Of a stretch of DNA of 64,000 bases, positions 31,270 through 39,335 are shown one piece after another; positions within the stretch are counted from its first letter, which is position 1, and each line of letters opens with the position of its first letter. A model generated the notes under the pieces. The model made no database searches. It saw only the letters and a list, made by a program, of their open reading frames with translations, and was not told the DNA's origin. The translations under genes and the position numbers were made by a program. Source of the DNA: Candidatus Latescibacterota bacterium (GTDB lineage Bacteria > Latescibacterota > UBA2968); NCBI GenBank assembly GCA_965198115.1, contig OZ240241.1, positions 5,472,001 through 5,536,000 on the forward strand, read 5' to 3'.

Positions 31270-32145
31270 ATGCTCCTAGGTCTCATCGGTCTCGGTCTCG
31301 TCGGCTCCTCGCTCGTCGACCGTTTTAAGGCGGCCGGTTTCGACGTCATCGGCTACGACATCGAACCCCCGAAGGTGGACGACGCGGTCGGTCGCGGAAT
31401 GACCCGGGGGCATTCGGTGACTCACGTCGCGGAATCCGCTCGACGAGTCGTGCTGTCCCTCCCGAACTCGGACGTCGTCGACGATGTCGTGACCGGGACG
31501 GACGGTCTCCTCTCTGCCCTCCAACCCGGTGACCTGCTCATCGACACGACGACCGCCGATCCTGAACGGGCGGTCGAAATCGCCGGACACATCAGCCAAA
31601 AGAACGCCCACTTTCTCGACGCGACGATCCTCGGATCCAGCAAGATGGTCGCCGATGGAACGAGCCTCGTGATGGTCGGCGGCGACGCGGATCAGCTGGA
31701 ACGCGGTCGCGACATCCTCGACACCTTCGCTCGCAGAACCTTCCTGATGGGCCCCAACGGCAAAGGCGCGGAGGCCAAGCTCGTCGTCAACCTGGTCCTC
31801 GGACTCAACCGCCTCGTGATGGCCGAAGGGCTGATGCTCGGTCGAATAGCCGGCATCGACCCCCACACCCTGCTCGATGTCCTCAAAGCGGGCGTTGCCT
31901 ACTCCCGGACGATGGATTCCAAGGGTGACAAGATGATCGACGAGGATTTCTCTACCGAAGCGCGGTTGTCTCAACACCTGAAAGACGTCGGTCTTATCCT
32001 CGATATGGGGATGCGCCTCGACACGAAATTGCCTGTCAGCGCGCTCCACGCAGAAATCCTTCGCGCCGGTGTGCTTTCCGGTTACGGGGATGCCGACAAC
32101 AGCGCCGTCATCAAAGCCCTCGAGCACTTCATCCAGCGCGCCTGA
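31270..32145 (+). CDS. 3-hydroxyisobutyrate-dehydrogenase-family NAD(P) oxidoreductase
   Basis: GLIGLGLVG, IDTTT, KLVVN and KDVGL motifs. Confidence 0.88.
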   Translation: MLLGLIGLGLVGSSLVDRFKAAGFDVIGYDIEPPKVDDAVGRGMTRGHSVTHVAESARRVVLSLPNSDVVDDVVTGTDGLLSALQPGDLLIDTTTADPERAVEIAGHISQKNAHFLDATILGSSKMVADGTSLVMVGGDADQLERGRDILDTFARRTFLMGPNGKGAEAKLVVNLVLGLNRLVMAEGLMLGRIAGIDPHTLLDVLKAGVAYSRTMDSKGDKMIDEDFSTEARLSQHLKDVGLILDMGMRLDTKLPVSALHAEILRAGVLSGYGDADNSAVIKALEHFIQRA

Positions 32146-32181
32146 GTTCCCTTATTCCAGATTCCCGATGTTCGACTCTCG

Positions 32182-33135
32182 ATGAAAACTCTCCTCGACC
32201 CCCGGCTGGCCGCTAAAGGATGCGGTCGCCTCGAACGTGCCTATCCGGATCACGAATTCGTCTTGCTGAAGAAGAACGAAGATTCCGTGCGACACGCCGC
32301 CAATGCGGAAGTTCTGTGCTCGATGCCCACGGGCGCGTTCGTCCAGGCAGCGTCGAACCTCCGATGGATTCAGGTCCTGACAGCCGGCATCAACAACCTG
32401 CCTTTCGACCTCATCGTCGAACGTGAGATCCAAGTGACGAACGCGGCCGGCAACTATGCTCCGAATATGGCCGACCACACGATGGCCTTCATCCTAATGC
32501 TCAGTCGCGACATCGATCGCGTGCGCAGACAACTGAGCGCCGAGGGTTGGCCCAAGGTCAAGGGCACGCCCGATCCGGGCGAGCTTACGGGTCAGACGCT
32601 CCTCGTCGTCGGTCTTGGCGGCATCGGTCTCGAAACAGCAAAACGCGCGGCAGCGTTCGGAATGCGCGTGATCGCCACGCGGCGCCGCACAGATCGTCCG
32701 GTTCCAGATTGTGTCGAAGCCGTCCAGCCACACGACGCGCTTTCCGGCCTGCTGCCACAGGCTGACTGGGTCGCCGTCTGCGTTCCCCACACGTCTGAAA
32801 CCGTCGACCTGATCCGCGACCGGGAATTCGCCCTGATGAAGAAAACAGCCCACATCCTGTGCACCACGCGAGGAGGCATTATCAACACCGACGCCCTGAT
32901 CCGTGCGCTCGACGCTGATCAAATCGCCGGCGCCGGCCTCGATGTCACCGACCCCGAACCCCTTCCGATGGATCATCCCCTCTGGACCTACGAGAACGTG
33001 ATCATCACACCGCATACGTCCGGTTACGCCGAAAGTGCCAACCAGCGCCTCGAGGACCTCGTCGTCGAAAACATCGGAAGGTATCTGGCTGGAGATCCTC
33101 TGCGGAACCCGATCAACCTCGAATTGAGATACTGA
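32182..33135 (+). CDS. D-2-hydroxyacid dehydrogenase
   Basis: GLGGIG, RG, AGLDVTDPEPLP and ITPH motifs. Confidence 0.9.
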   Translation: MKTLLDPRLAAKGCGRLERAYPDHEFVLLKKNEDSVRHAANAEVLCSMPTGAFVQAASNLRWIQVLTAGINNLPFDLIVEREIQVTNAAGNYAPNMADHTMAFILMLSRDIDRVRRQLSAEGWPKVKGTPDPGELTGQTLLVVGLGGIGLETAKRAAAFGMRVIATRRRTDRPVPDCVEAVQPHDALSGLLPQADWVAVCVPHTSETVDLIRDREFALMKKTAHILCTTRGGIINTDALIRALDADQIAGAGLDVTDPEPLPMDHPLWTYENVIITPHTSGYAESANQRLEDLVVENIGRYLAGDPLRNPINLELRY

Positions 33136-33136
33136 C

Positions 33137-33601
33137 GTGGACTACGACATACGCCGAATCGGACTCGAAGACATCGACACATTCATTCACTTTCGAGAAT
33201 GTATGTTCAGGGAAGTCGGCTTGGGCGACGGCGTGGAGGCAATGAGCCGTGACAGCGTGAGCTATTTCGAAGAGAAGATTCCAACAGATGAGTTCGTTGG
33301 CTGGCTGGCCGAAACGCCCGACGGCAAAGCCGCGGCGTCAGCCGGCCTGTCGATCTACCACCTCTCCCCCAAGCCGATGAACATCCGCGGGAAGTACGGC
33401 TACGTTTCCAGCTTCTACACGATGGAACCCCACCGTCGCAGAGGCCTTGCCAAACGGCTGCTCGACGAGGTGATTGGTTACGCGCGTCAGATCGAACTTC
33501 CAGTCTTGAAACTCCACGCCTCGCCCTACGGAAAACCGATCTATTTGGAAGCGGGCTTTGAGGATCTGAATGAAATGGGGTTAGGGTTCGCGAATAAATA
33601 A
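33137..33601 (+). CDS. GNAT N-acetyltransferase (last codons supplied by the IS)
   Basis: HRRRGLAKRL and LHASPYGKPIYLEAGF. Confidence 0.85.
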   Translation: MDYDIRRIGLEDIDTFIHFRECMFREVGLGDGVEAMSRDSVSYFEEKIPTDEFVGWLAETPDGKAAASAGLSIYHLSPKPMNIRGKYGYVSSFYTMEPHRRRGLAKRLLDEVIGYARQIELPVLKLHASPYGKPIYLEAGFEDLNEMGLGFANK

Positions 33602-34876
33602 CGGTCGATCTCAATGTTGAGCCATTGGCCGGATCGTGTAGTTCCAGTCGCCGTGGAAATCGTGCGGAGTGAGATCGATTTGGGTCATCTGTTCATCGGT
33701 CACCTTGACCCCGTTAGGGTAGGGTCGCTTGTCGATCTCGGAGCGTACTCGGAGACCGGCTTGAGTGGTCGTTCCGGCAATGAGATTCACGGTTGCAGCC
33801 AGGCTGACCAGGGGCTTGCCTCGCCAGTTCATAGCGATGAAGGAGAACAGGCGATGTTCGATCTTGTTCCACTTACTAGTGCCAGGAGGGTAGTGGCATA
33901 CGGTGATCGTCAGGCCAGTGCGATTCGCAAAGCGCTGCAGCTCCCACTTCCACAGCCGCGTCTTGGCGCCGTTGCTGCCGCCTGCGTCCGCCGTGATTAG
34001 CAGATGCGTCGAAGTGCCGTAGGCGGGCCGTCCCATGTTCTTCCACCAACTTCGGATCGCATTCACGGCGAAGCTGGCCGTGTCGTGATCGATACCGACA
34101 CTTACCCAGCCTTCATCACGGCTCAGATCATACACTCCATAAGGGATCGCCTTGCCCTGAGCAGGCACTATGAAATCGTGTACCTTCACACGCTCCGGGT
34201 CTCCCTTGGGTCGCCATTCTCGGCCAGGATTCTTGAAGTCGCCGATCAACTCTTTCTTCTTGGTGTCCACCGAGATAACGGGAAGGCCCTGCTGCTGCTG
34301 CTGGCTAATCCGATCATCGAGGTAAACGAACTGAGCGTCCCGATCCGGGTGTGCAGATCCCTCCCTTGTCTTCCGATTCGCCTGCAGCGTGTAATCGTGT
34401 TCGTGCAGGAGATTGGCAACGATCCTGGGGCTCACCGAATGCCCCATCGCTTGCAACTCGGCGGCCAGTTTGCGAGTGCTCTTCGATGTCCATCTCAGAG
34501 GATTGTCGTCAGGCGACCCCGCAGTCGTTGGCTCGACCAGATCATTCAGGTCCTGCCACAGCGTCGGGTCCGTGTCGGCCTTCCGCTTACGACCGCCGCC
34601 TGGACGCCGGATGCGAGCCGGGTCCAAAGGTTCGTCCGACCTCAACTCCTGAATGCCACGAAAGATCCGCTCTCTGGACATTCCTGTCGCCAGAGCCACA
34701 ATCGCGATCCCACCGTGACCCAACGCTTCGGCTTCCGTGGCGGCCCACAGACGACGCGTGCGTTCCGTCAGCACCGGAGCCAAGGCTTCATACTTCGTTC
34801 GGAGAGTTTCGACGTCCACACTCCGAGCGTAAGATCATTACCTTGAAAAGTGCAGCACTTATTTCGTGGCAAACCC
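33584..34876 (-). mobile_element. ISAzo13-family element, copy 2 (inverted)
   Basis: Reverse complement of copy 1 except for a 1-nt homopolymer difference; TTA duplicated at 33581-33583 and 34877-34879. Confidence 0.92.
33611..34819 (-). CDS. ISAzo13 transposase
   Basis: Protein identical to 7532-8740. Confidence 0.95.
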   Translation of the reverse strand: MDVETLRTKYEALAPVLTERTRRLWAATEAEALGHGGIAIVALATGMSRERIFRGIQELRSDEPLDPARIRRPGGGRKRKADTDPTLWQDLNDLVEPTTAGSPDDNPLRWTSKSTRKLAAELQAMGHSVSPRIVANLLHEHDYTLQANRKTREGSAHPDRDAQFVYLDDRISQQQQQGLPVISVDTKKKELIGDFKNPGREWRPKGDPERVKVHDFIVPAQGKAIPYGVYDLSRDEGWVSVGIDHDTASFAVNAIRSWWKNMGRPAYGTSTHLLITADAGGSNGAKTRLWKWELQRFANRTGLTITVCHYPPGTSKWNKIEHRLFSFIAMNWRGKPLVSLAATVNLIAGTTTQAGLRVRSEIDKRPYPNGVKVTDEQMTQIDLTPHDFHGDWNYTIRPMAQH

Positions 34877-35009
34877 TTAGTATTGTAAAAATCGATTGGT
34901 GGCATACCATTTGCCCTGCGTTGCTACGAGCGGGCGAGATGGCGAGCAGACGTGGCGATTGCTTTCGCCAAATCGCTTGGGATCAGCACTCATAGCGACG
35001 GGGGGATAG

Positions 35010-35396
35010 ATGGCGACAATCAGACACCACAGTGAGCTTGAGGTGTACAAGATTGCATTCGAATCAGCGATGCGCATTTTTGAACTTACCAAACAGTTTC
35101 CGGCTGAAGAGCGTTACGCTCTGACCGATCAGATCCGACGCGCGTCCCGCAACGTCTGTGCGAATATCACGGAGGCCTGGCGAAAACGAAGATATCGCGG
35201 CTCATTCATACTCCGACTATCTGATGCCGATACGGAGGCTGCGGAAACAACAACGTGGATTGAGTTCGCGCACGCCTGCCGTTACATTGACGATGTTGCA
35301 GAGGCCGATCTGTCAGACCGATACGACCACATTCAGGCTATCCTCGTCAAGTTGATGACCAAACCCTCACAATGGATCTTGAAGCCGCTACATTGA
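35010..35396 (+). CDS. Four-helix-bundle protein (23S rRNA IVS-protein/Avd-like family)
   Basis: LEVYK, FPAEERYALTDQIRRASRNVCANITEAW and EAAET. Confidence 0.9.
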   Translation: MATIRHHSELEVYKIAFESAMRIFELTKQFPAEERYALTDQIRRASRNVCANITEAWRKRRYRGSFILRLSDADTEAAETTTWIEFAHACRYIDDVAEADLSDRYDHIQAILVKLMTKPSQWILKPLH

Positions 35397-35443
35397 CACG
35401 CCTGCTCTCCCCAACGCCTGCTCGGACTTGAAAGGCTCTTTCA

Positions 35444-36208
35444 ATGCATCGCAACTCGATGAAGCAAAAACTCCTCTCCGGCTCCCCCGCCTTCGGCGTC
35501 TCCATCATGATCCCCTCTCCCCAGCTCGTCGAGATGGTCGGGAAACTCAGGTTCGACTGGGTGTTGATCGACTGTGAGCACGGGACGATCAATCCAGAAA
35601 CGGTCGAGACACTCGCGATGGCGGCGACATCGGTGGGGCTCACACCGATCGCCAGACCGCGCACGAAGGACCCGGCCGACATCCAGCAGGTGATGGATCG
35701 GGGGGTGATGGGCGTGCAGGTGCCGCACGTTATCACCGCCGACGACGCGCGTGCGGTCGTCAACGCCGTGAAGTATCACCCGATCGGCACGCGGGGGTTG
35801 GCCGCTGGAACACGACCGGCGGGCTACGGGTTCGGCATCACACAGTCGGAATACATCGAGCAGGCCAATCGAGAATCACTCGTCTGTGTCCAGTTCGAAG
35901 ACAAGGAAGCACTCGACCACGTCGACGAAGTCCTCGCAGTCGACCACATCAATGTTTTCTTCGTCGGACCGTCCGACCTTTCTCAATCGATGGGTCATCC
36001 CGGCCAGTATGACGAGCCCAGTGTCGCGGCCGCCATCCAATCGACGTTCGAGAAAACCCTCGCTGCCGGCAAGATCGCGGGTACGACAGCCAACATCGAC
36101 AAAGTCAAAGCGACACTCACCCGTGGTGTTCTCTATATGTACACGCACGTGCCGAAACTCATTGGCGCCGCTGTCGAAGACTATTGGGCGGCCACAGGAG
36201 TGAAATGA
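35444..36208 (+). CDS. HpcH/HpaI aldolase family
   Basis: FDWVLIDCEHG, KYHPIGTRG and FVGPSDLS motifs. Confidence 0.9.
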   Translation: MHRNSMKQKLLSGSPAFGVSIMIPSPQLVEMVGKLRFDWVLIDCEHGTINPETVETLAMAATSVGLTPIARPRTKDPADIQQVMDRGVMGVQVPHVITADDARAVVNAVKYHPIGTRGLAAGTRPAGYGFGITQSEYIEQANRESLVCVQFEDKEALDHVDEVLAVDHINVFFVGPSDLSQSMGHPGQYDEPSVAAAIQSTFEKTLAAGKIAGTTANIDKVKATLTRGVLYMYTHVPKLIGAAVEDYWAATGVK

Positions 36209-36936
36209 GTCGCTCATCCATCCCTACCTCCCCAGCCCCTCTGCCGACGATCGGGATCACCACGAGCCACGAAGTCGGCGCGAAGGGAAAGGTAAGCCTC
36301 TCCCTCGACGCCGATTACATATCAGCCGTCGAGCGTGCGGGCGGAGTCCCTGTCATCATACCGATACTGACCTCACGCGAGGCGATGCGCATCGCGATCT
36401 CAAAGGTCGATGCGCTGATCGTCCCGGGGGGGCCGGGTATCACCCAGGGTCTCATCGGCGACCTCCCCGATGACCTTCCTCCCGTGTCTCCCGAGCGATC
36501 GCAATCCGACCGATTCGCCCTCGAATCGGCTGCGCACGATCAGTTGCCGGTTCTCGGCATCTGCTACGGAATGCAGCTCGTCAGTGCCGTTCGTGGCGGA
36601 ACGATCTACGGCGACGTCCAGCAGGAATGCGGCGTCTGTGCCCACCATCCCCGACGAATTGAAGCCGATTCGATGTCGCACGCTGTCACCCTCGAACCTG
36701 GCACACGACTCTCAGGCACCATCTCGTCTCCAGATCCGGTCAACAGCTTCCACGTTCAGGCCGTAGCAGAACTCGGCAAGGAACTGACCCTTACGATCCA
36801 AAGCGAGGATGGATTGATCGAGGGATTCGAGTCGACGGATGGGCGTGTTGTCGGCGTCCAATTCCATCCCGAACGTCTGCCTGGCACGGTCTGGGATCAT
36901 CTCTTCACCGACCTCGTTGAGAGAGCAACAGGGTAG
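36205..36936 (+). CDS. Gamma-glutamyl-GABA hydrolase family (peptidase C26)
   Basis: LGICYGMQ, VNSFHVQ and GVQFHPE motifs. Confidence 0.88.
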   Translation: MSRSSIPTSPAPLPTIGITTSHEVGAKGKVSLSLDADYISAVERAGGVPVIIPILTSREAMRIAISKVDALIVPGGPGITQGLIGDLPDDLPPVSPERSQSDRFALESAAHDQLPVLGICYGMQLVSAVRGGTIYGDVQQECGVCAHHPRRIEADSMSHAVTLEPGTRLSGTISSPDPVNSFHVQAVAELGKELTLTIQSEDGLIEGFESTDGRVVGVQFHPERLPGTVWDHLFTDLVERATG

Positions 36937-37038
36937 GAGCGACCCTCTGGTCGCGATCTCATCGGCAATCGGAAGGGGGACAGGGTATCGAAGATAAGTG
37001 GCAGCGGACCCATCGTTTGTCCAAGAAAGGCAGTCTGA

Positions 37039-37612
37039 TTGGCTCAATCCGATGCCGATAAATGGAATGCGAGATACAGTGACAGGGGCGAGGTCAACGA
37101 TTCGCCGGTTTCCTTCCTCGTCGACAACGTCCACCGACTGGGCGCCGGTAAGGCCCTGGTCCTGGCCGCCGGAACCGGTCGAAACGCCGTCTATCTTGCC
37201 GAACAGGGATTCGACGTCGCCGCCGTCGATGTATCCCGGGTCGGTCTCGACCTCTGTGAAGAGCTGGCGAAGAAACGAAACGTGGTCCTTCAGACAGTTT
37301 GCGCCGACCTCGACAGCTTCGATCTTGGTGGATCGGAGTACGACCTCATCACCAAAGATCTACTACTACCAGCCGTCGCTTTTTCCTGCCATCAGGCGAG
37401 CCCTCAAACCCGGTGGCCGTCTACTGTTCCAAACATTCTCGAAGACCCACGCCCAAGTCGGCACCTTCGGCCCACGTAACGTGGACTATCTAGCCACCCA
37501 GAGGGAAGTTATAGAGCCCTTCGGCGACGACATGTTGCTCTACGAAGACACGGTGCTCGAAGCAGATGGCGACATCGAAGCTGTCATTCGCATGATCGTC
37601 GAAAGGCGTTGA
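37039..37612 (+). CDS. Class I SAM methyltransferase (TehB-like), frameshift near 37355
   Basis: KWNARY, ALVLAAGTGRNAVYLA; LKPGG lies in the second frame. Confidence 0.82.
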
Positions 37613-37710
37613 CGATGCACCGCCAATGATTTTTCATGTGGACCGATTGACCGACTGCCCGCAAGCGATTTGGGGTCGTGCATTCGGTCCAGGGCAAAGC
37701 GTGAGTCCAG

Positions 37711-37738
37711 ATGGCGACCGCCGGAGGGTAGTCGCCAT
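37711..37738 (+). promoter_or_regulatory. Stable leader hairpin (SECIS-like element or terminator)
   Basis: ATGGCGAC..GGAG loop..GTCGCCAT, starting 6 nt after a TGA. Confidence 0.45.
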
Positions 37739-37800
37739 TGGCGTTTTTGGCGCACTCCTGATACCAGTCATAACACCCCTTCACTCGGACGAGGCATAGG

Positions 37801-38658
37801 ATGAGGTTGGTTGTGACCGCACTGCTCGTGGCGACTACCGTGTTCTCCACGGCTTTTGCACAGACCTTTCGCTTTACGGCCATTCCCGATCAGAACACGG
37901 CACGTCTGAAAGAGCGCTTCGACAAGATCGCCGTCTACCTGACGAAACAGCTCGGCGTCGATGTCGAGTACATCCCCGTAAAGTCCTACGCGGCCTCCGT
38001 CGCCGCGTTCAAGAACAATGACGTCCAGCTCGCCTGGTTCGGCGGTCTCTCCGGCGTCCAGGCCCGACGTGCCGTGCCGGGCGCCTGTGCCATCGCGCAG
38101 GGCGCCGAGGATATGGCCTTCGTCACCTATTTCATCGCCAACACGACGACGGGGCTCCAGCCGTCACCCGACTTTCCGGATGCCATTAAGGGACACACGT
38201 TCACATTCGGCTCGAAGGGTTCCACGTCCGGTCGTCTGATGCCGGAATTCTTCATCCGCCAACATTACGAGATGTCTCCGAACGCCATCTTCAAGCGCGT
38301 CGGATTCAGTGGCGACCACTCCAAGACCATCGCCCTCGTGCAGTCGGGCAGCTACCAGGTCGGCGCCGTCAATTTCGCCGTCTGGGATAGGGAGGTCGCA
38401 GCGGGCATTATCGACACCAGCAAAGTTTCCGTAATCTGGAAGACACCTACCTATCCTGACTATAATTGGAGCATTCGTGGCGACACCGATACGGCCTTCG
38501 GTGACGGTTTTATCGAGCGTGTCCAAAACGCCTTGCTTTCGATGAAGGACCCAAGTCTGCTCGATTCGTTTCCACGGACCAGGTTCATCGCTGCCGACAA
38601 CGGGATGTACGAACCCATCCTCGACACGGCGATCAACGTGGGCATCATCGAAAACTAG
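37801..38658 (+). CDS. PhnD-family ABC substrate-binding protein, putative selenate-binding clade
   Basis: Signal peptide; FTAIPDQ, LAWFGGLSGVQAR, FTFGSKGSTSGRLMP, FSGDHS and TPTYPDYNW. Confidence 0.85.
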   Translation: MRLVVTALLVATTVFSTAFAQTFRFTAIPDQNTARLKERFDKIAVYLTKQLGVDVEYIPVKSYAASVAAFKNNDVQLAWFGGLSGVQARRAVPGACAIAQGAEDMAFVTYFIANTTTGLQPSPDFPDAIKGHTFTFGSKGSTSGRLMPEFFIRQHYEMSPNAIFKRVGFSGDHSKTIALVQSGSYQVGAVNFAVWDREVAAGIIDTSKVSVIWKTPTYPDYNWSIRGDTDTAFGDGFIERVQNALLSMKDPSLLDSFPRTRFIAADNGMYEPILDTAINVGIIEN

Positions 38659-38684
38659 CGACACCGACCCTGCGATAGGCACGA

Positions 38685-39335
38685 ATGTTCCAACTCGAAA
38701 ACGCATCCGTTTCGTACAACGGTCTTCCCGTCCTTCACGACATTAGTCTCTCGATCGAGGAAGGCGAAAAGGTCGTCCTCGTCGGCCCGAGCGGAGCTGG
38801 GAAATCCACGCTGCTCAGGAAGCTCTACGACTTACAAAGGGGGCGCTCCGCCTTTATTCACCAGGACTACGCGCTCGTACCCCAGCTGTCGACATTCCAC
38901 AATGTCTATATGGGAAAGCTGGACCAGCACGGTGTGTTCTACAACGGCCTGAACCTGGCATTTCCCCAAAGACGTGAGCTCGAGGCCGTCTCACCACTTC
39001 TAGCGGCCCTCAACCTGGCAGACAAATTGCACGACCGGGTTTCCGAGCTCTCCGGGGGGCAACAGCAGCGCGTGGCCGTTGCACGGGCGCTCCATCGTGA
39101 TGCGGAGGTTGTGTTCGGCGACGAGCCCGTCTCGGCCGTCGATCCCCATCAGTCCGATGCTGTGCTCGTCCTGCTGAGGCAGAAGTCACATACGTTGATC
39201 CTCGCAATGCACGACGTGGAGTTGGCCCTCAAGCATTTCGATCGGATCATCGGCCTCCGTCACGGCCGCGTTGTTTTCGACGCGTCCTCCTCCGACGTTG
39301 GCGAAGATCGCCTGACCGAGCTCTTCGCCTCGTGA
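38685..39335 (+). CDS. ABC transporter ATP-binding protein (PhnC-like)
   Basis: GPSGAGKS, LSGGQQQR and DEP motifs. Confidence 0.9.
   Translation: MFQLENASVSYNGLPVLHDISLSIEEGEKVVLVGPSGAGKSTLLRKLYDLQRGRSAFIHQDYALVPQLSTFHNVYMGKLDQHGVFYNGLNLAFPQRRELEAVSPLLAALNLADKLHDRVSELSGGQQQRVAVARALHRDAEVVFGDEPVSAVDPHQSDAVLVLLRQKSHTLILAMHDVELALKHFDRIIGLRHGRVVFDASSSDVGEDRLTELFAS

Noticed and set aside
8769-33583. Inversion already having occurred between the two ISAzo13 copies
   Set aside because: Both interrupted genes rebuild in frame from their local flanks.
35010-35396. Diversity-generating retroelement suggested by the Avd-like gene
   Set aside because: No reverse transcriptase and no template/variable repeat pair seen in the window.
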